A DNA stretch of 61,760 nt, counting the filler, from Choristocarpus tenellus KU-1152 (taxonomy: Eukaryota; Protista; Phaeophyceae): the NCBI GenBank assembly GCA_964200185.2. It is 10 parts of 10 records of this genome, joined end to end, with 100 filler letters (N's around TTAATTAATTAA, not from the genome) between each part and the next. Parts side by side here need not be neighbours in the genome. Positions count along the whole stretch, not along the records: positions 48,088 to 55,677 come from CAXNAD020005915.1; positions 55,778 to 61,760 come from CAXNAD020009242.1; 8 more parts are not named here. One strand, given 5' to 3'. Positions 50,742-61,760 of this stretch are shown here, piece after piece. The position numbers and the translations under genes are program-made. Position 1 is the stretch's first letter. Every line of letters begins with the position of its first letter. A model generated the notes under the pieces. The model had not been told where the DNA came from. It saw nothing but the letters and a program-made list of their open reading frames with translations, and searched no databases.

Positions 50742-53700
50742 GATGTAGGAGGAATTTGGTGGCAATGCCCTGTGGTCTGGACAAGGAGAGGACATGCACC
50801 TTGCTTGGGGATAACATTGATACTATAGATGCTTGTTTGTGTGCCTGATTGGTTGTTGTGGTGTGGTTGTGTATTGTACTTGAGTATTTTGAGGTTGTGT
50901 GTGAGGTTCATGCACCACAGGCCTTCGGTCTGATGTATCGGTCAAATAGGCATCCTCGAGAACTAGAATGTTGAAGCTTGATGATGATTTTTTTTATGGC
51001 CGTGTTAAAATGTGCGTCTGTGTTGATTATTTTGATGTCCCAGTTGCCTCCATTTTGTAGTGGTCTTGAGTTGTATACTTCCACTTTAATTTTTTACGAA
51101 CAAGTTGGCATTTTTTTTAAATCACACACTCATTACACAAGTACAGTGGCAGTTAGAGAGGGGTGTGTTTCCACAAGAGCCTACTGGCGGGATCACTGTG
51201 CAGTTTTGTGTATTTTTGCTCTGCAGTATACTCAACTGAGAATATGCCCTGGCAGGCATTCCACATCATACAAGACTCTAAGTTTTGGGCCAGTATTTGA
51301 TCTATTCAGCACATATCTGCCAGTTTATGCTGTGTTGGTGGGGGTAAAACTCAGCAAGACAGCATGTAGATTGCTGGCGGTTTACCTTGCAGAGCATTAG
51401 CCATTGACCTGTTGTGAAAATTGCTTATACCCTTGCATTCAGGAATTTCAGATGTAACCTAAGTGGACACACAATTGACGTTTTAAGTATTAGAAGCAGA
51501 TAAAACCTAAATTTTACTCTCTTATTGGTATCCGTGTTCATTGGCTCACTATCTATAGTAACAACACGATATCACTTAGTTTTGCACAAGGTGACACGTG
51601 ATTTTTAGAGGAGTTTGGCAGGGAGCAGATGTTGTTATAAGCTTGGTCACATAGACTATAGACATTGAACCTTGTGGTTGCTTCTGAGCGGCCTCATTAC
51701 ATTCTGTGCCAATCATGGACAATGGCGACCTGTTGTAATTGTGCAGCCTAGGCAATGAACTTGACTTTGCCCTTGCTCTAGGGGCAATGCCAAGGACAAG
51801 TTTGCCCTCGTGGTTGGTGGGTACAGTTAAGCCAGCTGGGAAGTTATGACTATGGTTTGGATAGTACATGCAAATGAGATGATTGCTGTGCATTGTGATT
51901 GTGAGGCATGACTGATCTGTGCACTGGTTTGAGATGGATTACTGAAGGGGTTGGATTCATCCAACCTCAGCCAAGGCAAGAGCGGAATGGTAGAGGTGGT
52001 ACTTCCATATATGGGGGCATTGATTGACTTGCACAAAGCATTGCCTATGAATGAGGTAGACTTCATATATTATTTGTTGTTGAGTCAGATTTCTCTACCA
52101 CTAGCAATTGCAAGTCTCATCATTGGAGACCACAGCAATTTAGCTGGGGTGCACCTATTCCCACTTACCACCCAGAGTAGTAAGCTGGGAATTGTGATGT
52201 ATAGCCCCACTGTGTGTAAGGACACTGTTATCAATGTATTGGTGATGGCATGCGCAACAGACGGCTTGTGACAAACAGCATCTTTAGACCCTTTGAAGCA
52301 CACCGAATTGATGTTTAGTTGAGAGTGTGTAGTACTTTTTTTTATCAATTTCATATGTTGTTACCTCAAGGTGGGGTTAGGCAGGATGAATGATTATGCT
52401 AACAACCGATATTGTGGAGAAATTTTGTCCACAAATCCGGCCAGGAAGGTAGGCAACGGTATTTTTTTGTAAACATGTTGGAACTAATTGAAGGTTCTCT
52501 GTCAGGGGTATGAGCTACAACCATTCTAGCTTTTCACAGAGACACATACACAGTCTGCCTAGTTCTTGTGTTGCTCTCGTCCAAGCGTTTGAGACCATGT
52601 TGTGATAAACGTGACCTACTTCCTAAAAGAATCTCCATGTGAGATTGAGTATACTCTCTTCCAGAACAGTCTTGGAACAATCTCTTTGAGTGCCTCCCAG
52701 GTCTGGTTGGACGATGCTAGTGAGATAAATTGTTGTGTTAAAATGCAGACTGGCAGCAAAATATTGAGAGTCCTGTTTCTGTCAGCGTGTGTGAATTCCT
52801 GTGGCGAAAAGGTATCCCCGACAGCCTGAGTGGAGAGAGGTCATCCTCTTCCCGCATGTGGTGCTGATCAATAAATGTCTTACATATCTGAAATGTGGTT
52901 ATCTCGCCGCATGCAGCAGGGTGTTGAAATATACTGTTGATACAACCAACACAATGATGTTAGTCTCATCTCCAGCACAACCACTGCATGGTGACAGATT
53001 TTACTTGTAGGTACTCCGGATTACCATAACGAAGGTAGTGGAACCCTAACCCTGTTTTTATTCCAAACTATTTTTTTCTTTTCGGAATCACCACAAAACA
53101 CACTGTGTGTTCGATGCCTGAAATAAGACCTATTTATTCCTTTAAAAATGGCACGAAGCAATGTGTAATGTTCCAAGTATGACGAACTGCTGTCCTCGAG
53201 TTTTAACTGAGATGTACCAAAAACATTCCCTACCCATTCTCTGTATTTCTGGTCTCTCAGTATCTATGGTAATGACTGTACTGCTCGCATGAATGATGTT
53301 ACTAATATGCAATTTTATGTTACTGTGGCAAGGTGGATAGCGCCCCCACTGTGTTAGTTCTTTGCAGTCAAGTTGTCACCATGTCCCAGTACACTTCTGC
53401 CAGCTGCCTGTGGGTATGGCATATTTGGATCACAAGTGCATTCATGCTTCTTCGTACCAGGACGCACTGACTCGAAGTAAAGGAGAGGTACCCAGGTTTT
53501 GGTCGTTTTGCACTTTATGTTTGTTTTTCAATCTTTACAATTCACCCATATTTCTATGGATGAAGTTCTAAGTTGGACTTTAGAGCATTTATTTCTCTGT
53601 TGTTTGAAACGTTTCCGACGCAACTAAGAAAGTATCCTACTCAAGTTTGTAAAAAAAGTCGAATTTTGGACATATTTGTCGACATACTTAAAATGCAAGT

Positions 53701-55777
53701 CTGGGTACCTATCGCTTACTTCGACTCACTGCTACTACGGTATACTACTGTACTAAGTATATCTCCACTCACAGTATCCTTATGATAAGTAGCTACATTG
53801 TGAACAATCAATCTCCTTCAGTGCCGAAAAGTAGAGTGCAGTGGTCAGTCTTCATAAGTCTTGATTCCTTGCCTTTCGTGGTTGCCTTTGTCATGGTCTC
53901 TTACCTGAAATACATTATCTTTCGAAGGAAAGCGTCACAAAGTTAGAGGCGAAACTGCCCCTCATCTGTGTCAAATAATAGCTCGATTAATCGGCTATTC
54001 CAACGGTTGCTTTGAGTGCATAATGTTAGTGTCCAGAGCTTTGTCAGAGGCCTACACTTAGTCACAGATTCTATTTATTTATTAATTTTGAGATTGTGTT
54101 ATGAACTGAAAACCTCGGCAAAGGCGTGTTCACAGACCCAACCAAATGTTTTTATTTCATTGAGGCATCTGCAGGGGTTGTGTCTAATAGGTGAGCATTG
54201 GAGGGGTGAGGAAAATAGCATCTTGAGTTCAAAACCCTCAAAGACAAAAAAAAACATTCAGAGACATTCATGTTGTGGGTGCATAAGTGCACTACAGATG
54301 ATAAATACAGCCCCACCTTTCCTTTTTTTTCATTTCTTCTCCCTTCCACTACGTAGCTCCTCCACCCTGTCGCTTTCTCTGCTTCGCACACTCTGACCAC
54401 GGGTTTGAGAAGATTAGCGTTCAGTCATAAGCTGTATGTACCTGTCTGGTCAAGAAAATTTCAAAATAAGTACCAAGTCCAACTCCCAGATTCCACGAAA
54501 TGTTTCACAAAATAGTTCCAAGGTTTATCCAATGGGGCCTCCATCAAGTCGAGAAAATAGTATGAGGATGAGACAAGCTGTAGACAGACACATCCCTGCA
54601 TTGGGGTACAGGCCAGCACTAATACCAACAAGGTTTGTACTTGGCAAGTTTCGTGTATTGCCAATCATTCACAAAGAAGTTTTTGGTTTCCACCACACTG
54701 CTTGATGTTGTGGTCTTGAATCAGGCATGGATGATGGGTCCTACACAGGCTAGAGAGCACACACACACCACCATGGAGTACATGTGAATACAATTAACTG
54801 CAAAGCAATCCACTGGGCGGTTTTCAGAGTTAAAATTTTGGGAATGAGGTTGGAGATATGGTTACACACTTCATACTATTCTTTTTTGTTGTGCTCTTTC
54901 CTCCATCACCGGAAGCAAGCATGATATCCTGTAATAGGTGAGATCTGAGACGGACTATGGCTCACGTTTTGCTCAGGGAAGGACAGTCAAAAGATAGGTA
55001 TTTAATGTGGTTGAAAAGTTGACTGCAAAGAACAAAGATGGACGGAATTTTTGGGATGTACACAATGCAAGAGGACACACTGACAACAGATAGTCCATTA
55101 CTATTGTTAATACTACAACTCTCTTTGGTATTGGACGGAATAGGGAGGTGCTTTCCCCACCTGTGGTGTTTATGGTTAAGATTAGTTAGGGTTATGGTTA
55201 GGCACCTCTGTAGTCCGTCTGATTCATCAAAAAAAGCTGCGGTGGAGATCTAATATAAACTCCATTGATGACGCAGAACGTAGAAGCTCCTGACGACAGA
55301 CACAAAGCAACTAAAAAGTGATCTGCATAACTTCTCAGTACAATAAAGAACAAACAAGTAACGATTAATAAATGTACGTTGAAGTGTAAGTCCAGAGAAT
55401 ACTAGAAATAGTGTTACTACTACAACCTTGAGCAACCATTCATCCAACCCCATGAACCTGCAAGGCGAATACCTCCACCCTGGATTTCACCCTACAACGG
55501 TGAACTAATCTTTAGTAGTAGAGGAGGCACTATCCTATAGCTGCACAGTACCTGGATGTAGGTGACAAGGTGTACACACTGACCTAAAGTAGCTTGGGGG
55601 GGGGGGGGGGGGGGCTAAACAAATGGGAAAAACACACGTGCAAACCCCCTCCCCCCCAAAATCTCTTGTCCCCGCTTNNNNNNNNNNNNNNNNNNNNNNN
55701 NNNNNNNNNNNNNNNNNNNNNTTAATTAATTAANNNNNNNNNNNNNNNNNNNNNNNNNNNNNNNNNNNNNNNNNNNN

Positions 55778-56089
55778 AAAACTTCGAAGTACTATTATTT
55801 TCTACCACCTCCACCATCGACAGTCAAACGACTCCACCGATCGCACCAATTATTCTAGCAAGCAAGCCAATGCAGGGCATACATGTACACGACGATCAAA
55901 CGAAATCATTGCCGCCCTCCCCACACAGTCCTACTGCCACCGTCGGGATGGATTCCCATTCGTAGTGGGGCCCTTCAAAAGTGCCGTAACATTTACAAAA
56001 AATAACATATGGACGCTTTCCGCGCACCATTATGGGTCAAACTCATCCTCCATAAAATGCTCCATCCTCAATTTTGGTCATTGGCTGTT
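55778..56089 (+). mobile_element. Right end of a second family C TIR element
   Basis: About 55858-56089 is homologous to 29302-29507 (GCAAGCAAGCCAA.GCAGGGCATACATGTACACGACGATCAAA...) and ends in GGCTGTT. Confidence 0.88.
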
Positions 56090-56389
56090 GGTAGGACAAT
56101 GTAACACCTGCGTAACACAGGTTGCGGTGATACTAACGAAAAACATGAGGCATTTTCCGAACAATGAACGGACGTTCTAGAGGTAGTAAATGACTCTTGA
56201 GTGTTTGCTGGAAACGTACATCAGTATAATCTAAATTGGATCGACTCTTTGGTATATAACAGAAGTTACATACCAAATGTCGTCAAGAGTTAGTTGTTGT
56301 GGACAAGAAACATTGAAGAGCGAGTGGATGTCCCAAAGCATTGTGCAATATAACGTCTGTCTTGGGAGAGAAAATGGTGCAGAAAGTAT

Positions 56390-56650
56390 GAGTGAAAGTA
56401 TCTTAGAGGGTACGAGTTTCGCCCTGTTTGTCCGTTTGGTGCTTGACTTCCCACGGGTTTTTATATGACATTTTCCTACTCCAAAATGTATGGGAGTAGG
56501 TAAAATGTGTATGTTGTGAGAAGTGGTGTCCAGAACAAGGGTACTGATACTTCCTAACAACACGATAGCCAAAATTACATCAAAATCGCAACATTGGATT
56601 TTTGCCCCCAAACGGACGCGGCTCTACCCTCTAATAAGATACTTTGGCTC
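56390..56650. mobile_element. MITE family B copy
   Basis: GAGTGAAAGTATCTTAGAGGGTA...AGATACTTTGGCTC; flanks TAT/TAT. Confidence 0.92.
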
Positions 56651-57930
56651 TATTTGCTGGACAATGAAACGTTGTGATTGAGTGTTGCTGACAGATACAT
56701 ATATATGTACACATATTTTTTTTGTCGTATTATTTCTTCTATTTATCGATTTCTCGGTCTTTGGAAGATCCGACCAGGGGTTTGAGAATATAAAGCTTAT
56801 TTGTGGAGTGCAGAAAAAAACGAGTGAATTTTTGGTCAATGAGTGCTTCGTGGCAAGTGTGCTGGAATGTTTCCTGGATCAGGTGTGATACGACAGAGAA
56901 AATGGTCCTGAATGTTGCCCTGATAACTCTACTATCAGCCACCATTTTTCCTTCTAACTTAAGAGAGTATGTATGTTGTGCCTGGTCAAGTGTGTGCAAT
57001 CAAGGAGGAAAGCGAGCATAAGAGCTGCTTTCTTTTGAGCGGTGAGTCAAAGCAAACGAGAGGTTTCCAGGGTTTGCAATTTACTAATGCTGACAAATAT
57101 ATACGAGATGTGACTTTTTTTTACAAACACATACTGGACCTATCTGAATTCTATCGAAAAAGGTTTCTAACAAGAAATCAACGCTCTCAAGTCGAACTTA
57201 GGGTTTCGTCCATAGAAAAATATCAAAAGACTGGCTTAAATTCAAATTAATTACCTCTCGTTTAATTTGGCTCAGATGTACCTCTACTACTACTACTGTT
57301 CAGTCCTCTGATTTACTTGTGACGTACACACATGTGCATTTAGTAATGTTGTATGCGAAGGACAATGCCTTTGGTACGGAGGAGGTAAATGGTTCTATGT
57401 ACCCCTTAGCAGATAATGCTGGCTTGAGTCACATACCAGCCTTACGTGACACCTCCTTCCACATTTTTTCCAACTTTTCCTGGCTATTTTGTTCTTGTTT
57501 AATCATTTCTAAACCCTTTTAGTCACTTTTTCGAACATTTCTCAGCATCCTTCTCCTGTTGGGGGTTCTCTTGGACCTCATCCTGGCTCTCCTTTCCTGG
57601 GATTGTATCTTTCAACATTTTTCGGTCACCTAACCTCCCTCTTCCTCCGTTCCGTGCTCGATGAAAATCTTACAGGATAATGTTGAGGACAAACCAAGGC
57701 GCTTACCAAAGTATGCGTATCTGTGAATAACGAATAAATGATAGATGTTATACAGTCCCATACCTTGAACATCAAATAGGGACCAAAAAAAATGTTGGGG
57801 AGTTGTGGGTTCACAACCTCAGCAAGTTTTTCGGGGATGGTAGGGAACAGTGACGATTGACAACACAAATGTTCTCTGTGCACTTTCTTCTACTTCGAAG
57901 TATAACTTCTGGTGTCCTGCAACAGCATCA

Positions 57931-58097
57931 AACAGCAGATTTCAAAAATTGAGGATGGAGCTTTTCATTGAGGATGAGCTTGACCCAAAAGTGTCGATAT
58001 ATATATTTTTTTAAATGACAATACAAAAAAAACATATCGACACTTTATCCCAGTCAATTTTGGGTTAGCTCATCCTCAATTTTTGAAATCTGCTGTT
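57931..58097. mobile_element. 167-bp MITE related to family C
   Basis: Perfect TIR AACAGCAGATTTCAAAAATTGAGGATG; 4-bp duplication ATCA/ATCA; shares ATTGAGGATGGAGCTTTT.ATTGAGGATG with 27195-27223. Confidence 0.9.
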
Positions 58098-59338
58098 ATC
58101 AACCAAACGATTATTTTTTTGTTTGTTTCAAACTATGCATAATGCCCTAGAAATCGGTCTATTAGTGAACCAAACCCCAATCAATACCCGTAGAGGGATA
58201 AGATGCAAGACGAGGCTCAAGAATACCTAAGTCGACGATTTGAGATTACCACCAACAAAATATGAGGTTTGTCGTTTGGTATGACAGTGTAAGACTTAAT
58301 TGACAGAACAAAGCCAAATCCACCATGCGGTCGGTCCCTTCCACACTCATTCACCACCATGGACAAAATAAACTTCAACCTTAGATCCATCCCTGGCAGG
58401 GGGTGGAGTAACCACCACGCCACATGACCAGATACTACAAGTAGTAACAAATGCGTTAAAGTAAACTGTGAAAAATAAGATTTAGCTTCCTCAAACGAGA
58501 CAATGTGTTTGGCAGCACATACACTGCCTTGTCCAGTTCCCTTGTACTCCTCCGCATCACGTGAATCTTCATGGCTAAGCAAGAGATTGAGAGCCCCACC
58601 CCAATTCCCAATCCCCCCGCAGTTCAATGGTGACACTTCACAGGTCTAGAGACTGAAGTTCTACTATTAAGGCATAGCACGACCATGTCCTTCATTCCAA
58701 AAACACACCAAGCATGTTTAAGTATACTACCTCACATTACACATCCCTTGACCAGCACACTTACAAACTTCTCTTTCCTCAACCTCCTCTTGAAGCTGCA
58801 GCAGAGCCCCCCCCCAAAATCTCCTTAGTGGTAGCGAAAATATATGCACAGACTCCGGTCCAAACTCTTCGTCTCGAGACAGCAAGTGGTCGTGCCTTGG
58901 CTAAACCACCTCCTTGTCTCCCGTCAGACCCACCTTCCATACCATTCAATTGATTCACTCGAACCTCAATCCTGTCCAAACCATCGCCTTTCACTTCCAT
59001 GACATTGGAGAGGATCACGATAGATAAACCTTCTCATGTGAACCAACAAGAGATTCCTCGATAGGTATGGAAGTGACAAGACTCGCCCTTTGCAAAAAAC
59101 AACTTCTACATTGTATCTTGCTTCTATAACCCTACAAAAGACTCAAAAGTCTAACAGGTCATCCGTCTTGTCCTTCCCAACATCATCTTTCCCAATATCA
59201 TCACCCTCGTCGTCATCATCGGGGCTATCCCCTGCAGTAGATGGTGGGGGGGTGAAACCATCCTCAGGGTTGGAGTCCTTCAAGTCGGTAGGTGGAGATG
59301 ACAAGTGAAGGGGATAGGGGAGGAGAAGGGAGGGGGGA

Positions 59339-59583
59339 GAGTTAAAAAAAGTATCTTAGAGGGTAGGGCCGCGTCCGTTTGGGGGCCAAAATCCAATGTT
59401 ACGACTTTGATGTAATCTTGGCTATCGTGTTTGTTAGGAAGTGTCAATATCCTTGATCCGGACACACCTATTCATATTGCACACATTTTACCTACTCCGA
59501 AACATTTCTAAAAAAATCGTGGGAAGCCAAGCCCCAAATGGACAAACAGGGCAAAAATCGTACCCTCTAAGATACGATGTCGT
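59339..59583. mobile_element. MITE family B copy
   Basis: AAGTATCTTAGAGGGTAGGGCCGCGTCCGTTTGGGG...TACCCTCTAAGATAC. Confidence 0.9.
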
Positions 59584-60636
59584 AGAAGCAGAAGGTATTG
59601 TACAGACTTACAACTCATCAACTCCTGACATCTTGGATAAAAGACACACCACTCTTTCCATTTAGTTCTGCAGACTAACTCAGTATGCCATCCTCGCTGT
59701 ATCTTTCCATTGTAGATGGAGGCCAAGAGAGCTCTTGGCTGGAGCAAAACAGCTAAACAGACATTATCCCACATGACACAGATCCCACCCCCTCCAGGTT
59801 TCACACAAACAGTCCTTAAAAAGTATTGGTCACAAAACTATCATCCACATTCCCTATTATTCCTCTTTGAGAGATGAGACTACGCTAGTACATGCCAACT
59901 CAAACACCGTTGAAAATTCTCAAGACTCAGTCAGACAACAACATGACTGTTCCGGCATGAAATATATATGAGACCACTTTGAAAAACGCCTGCCTGCACA
60001 CTAGAACAAGTTCACCATTAGGAACTTTAAATTCGGTCAACGTTATCTACAATGGCTTGGAGTCTCCATTCATACAACGAGCTTGTAAAGGCACAGATGC
60101 CAACTCTCTTATGGAGCAATCCTACCCAAGAGGGGAATAAAGAGGGGGATCTATTTAGGACCTCACGAGTGTCTCTAGAGGGTCAAAGTATCTGTGGGGG
60201 GGGGGGGGTACTTTTTTGACCCTAGAACTTTCTAAACCTTTTACCTAACACCCATTTTCCGAGCCAGATAATGCACCTAACCTCCTGAGAGAAGATGTGG
60301 GCTGCATAATGTAGTATTCATCCAGATGCATGCGAACTTTTCATTCAGAGTACTAGAAGCACATGCACCGGAATACAGTCAAAGGGAAAGGGCGATTTAT
60401 TTTCATTCTAGCACTAACCCTAACCCTAACCCAACCCCCCCCCAAGCACTCAACAATCCCCTACTCTTAGACAGGACCGCTCACACAGAATGAAAACAGA
60501 TTAGAAAAATCTCGCCAATGAAATTGACAACCACTCTTCCTGTTGTGAGGTCATCGGAAAAAGTCAAAATACCAAAACCTGCAGGCATACACCCCCCGCC
60601 CCCCCCCCAAAAAAAAACCGGTATACTTTCAAGCAG

Positions 60637-60672
<36 letters not shown>

Positions 60673-60793
60673 ACACTTCAGAAGTAGACATACTTCCACC
60701 AACTCAGTTCGATTTTGCAGAGCAAACTCAATATTACGGAGACCTGCAAAACATGTATGTACTACGTAGAACTTCATTTTGGACCAAATCGTA

Positions 60794-60892
60794 TCACACC
60801 TCAAGGTCCAAACCATCCTCGTCCTCATCCTCTTCTTCTATCTCTGTGGCATCCACATCCACAGCCTTTTCCCCCATAAGTTCATCCTCCAC
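60794..60892 (-). CDS. Candidate terminal exon encoding an acidic tail
   Basis: After a GGCAG acceptor: VEDELMGEKAVDVDATEIEEEDEDEDGLDLEV-stop. Confidence 0.45.
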   Translation of the reverse strand: MEDELMGEKAVDVDATEIEEEDEDEDGLDLEV

Positions 60893-60928
60893 CTGCCAAT
60901 CCATCGTGTGTGGTAAGAGAGGGGATAT

Positions 60929-61142
60929 GGGACTGCGGTTCAAGGGCGTGGGGACTAAGGTTCACGGTTGTAGGAACTGTGGTTCAAAACATAGGAACTA
61001 AGGTTCAAGGGTACAGGGACTGCGGTTGAAGGGGTACAGGATCTGAGGTTCACGGGTGTGGGGATTGAGGTTCAAGGTTGTAGGAACTGTGGCTCAAAAT
61101 ATAGGAACTAAGGTTCAAGGTTCAAGGTTGTGGGAACTGTGG
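60929..61142 (+). repeat. ~21-24-bp minisatellite, about 10 units
   Basis: Repeated GG(G/A)ACT(G/A)NGGTTCA(A/C)GG.. units, with a higher-order repeat of GGTTGTAGGAACTGTGG.TCAAAA.ATAGGAACTAAGGTTCAAGG. Confidence 0.88.
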
Positions 61143-61368
61143 TATCAGAGTAGAGTGCGAGGGTGCCAGTAAAGACAAGACTTTCACCAAAGCAGCATGA
61201 AGATCTTTTGAAAATCCATGCACAAACTTTGAAAATTTAAACCAACTTATCTTTTTGGCACACAGGGAGAGGAGGGGGGGGGGGGGGGGGGGGGACCAAA
61301 AAAAAGGGGGGGTAAAAATAAAATAAAAAAAAAAAATTAAATAAAATTTAAAAAAGGTAGTGTTGGGT

Positions 61369-61414
<46 letters not shown>

Positions 61415-61760
61415 GACTAACAGATAGAGAGGTACATTGTAACTCAGGTTGTATGCACACACCCACACACTTCATTGAAACTTGTTTTGACTACAAATAA
61501 GAATAGGACCTTAGGGGCTAGGGATAGACAAGTTAAGGTTAGAGCCATCAAAGTACAGAGACAAAGTATATATAGTGCTAAGTATCCTCAAACTTCAAGT
61601 TACAGATCACAACCACAGTGTTTATTGCCTTGGTCAAATGGCATTTATTCCTCCTAGATCAATGAAGTCAACAAGCGTATATTACTGGGGGTACAAACTG
61701 AGAGCAGCCAAAAAGGTGGGCCAACACAAGACACCTTAACATCCCCCCCCCCCCCCCCCC

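Larger units (their letters stand above)
9054..55777. other. Nine artificial contig-joining spacers (9054-9153, 16409-16508, 20069-20168, 24918-25017, 34811-34910, 38108-38207, 44236-44335, 47988-48087, 55678-55777)
   Basis: Each is exactly 44 N + TTAATTAATTAA (stops in all six frames) + 44 N, so the window is a concatenation of 10 contigs. Confidence 0.97.

Noticed and set aside
56700-59300. Degenerate coding-like stretches around the family C MITE
   Set aside because: Many stops and no assignable transposase motif, so they cannot be linked to the ParB-like element
61122-61475. Poly-Pro and other homopolymer-derived ORFs
   Set aside because: Translations of poly-G/A tracts of doubtful sequence quality

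Overview
This is eukaryotic nuclear DNA: ten unlinked short contigs joined by artificial 100-nt spacers (44 N + TTAATTAATTAA + 44 N), so adjacency across a spacer means nothing. Short exons with GT-AG introns, EsV-1-7 cysteine repeats and TTAGGG-type repeats suggest a brown alga or close ochrophyte relative (inference). Recognisable genes, mostly partial: a NIMA/NEK kinase, mitochondrial serine hydroxymethyltransferase, an RlmE/FtsJ-family rRNA methyltransferase, mitochondrial EF-G2-like, a chalcone-isomerase-fold protein, an EsV-1-7 repeat protein, an amino-acid transporter last exon and tRNA-His(GTG). The rest is rich in transposon debris: RTE-like LINE, Ty1/copia, a mariner-type transposase, a TRIM-like LTR element and three MITE/TIR families. 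The most unusual object is a 2.3-kb element (27178-29507) with ~135-bp terminal inverted repeats and a 4-bp target duplication. It carries a ~172-bp tandem array and a ParB/Srx-like ORF (DGNHR motif) but no recognisable transposase. A second right end and a MITE derivative of the same family lie on another contig in this window. All calls were made by eye, with no database searches.
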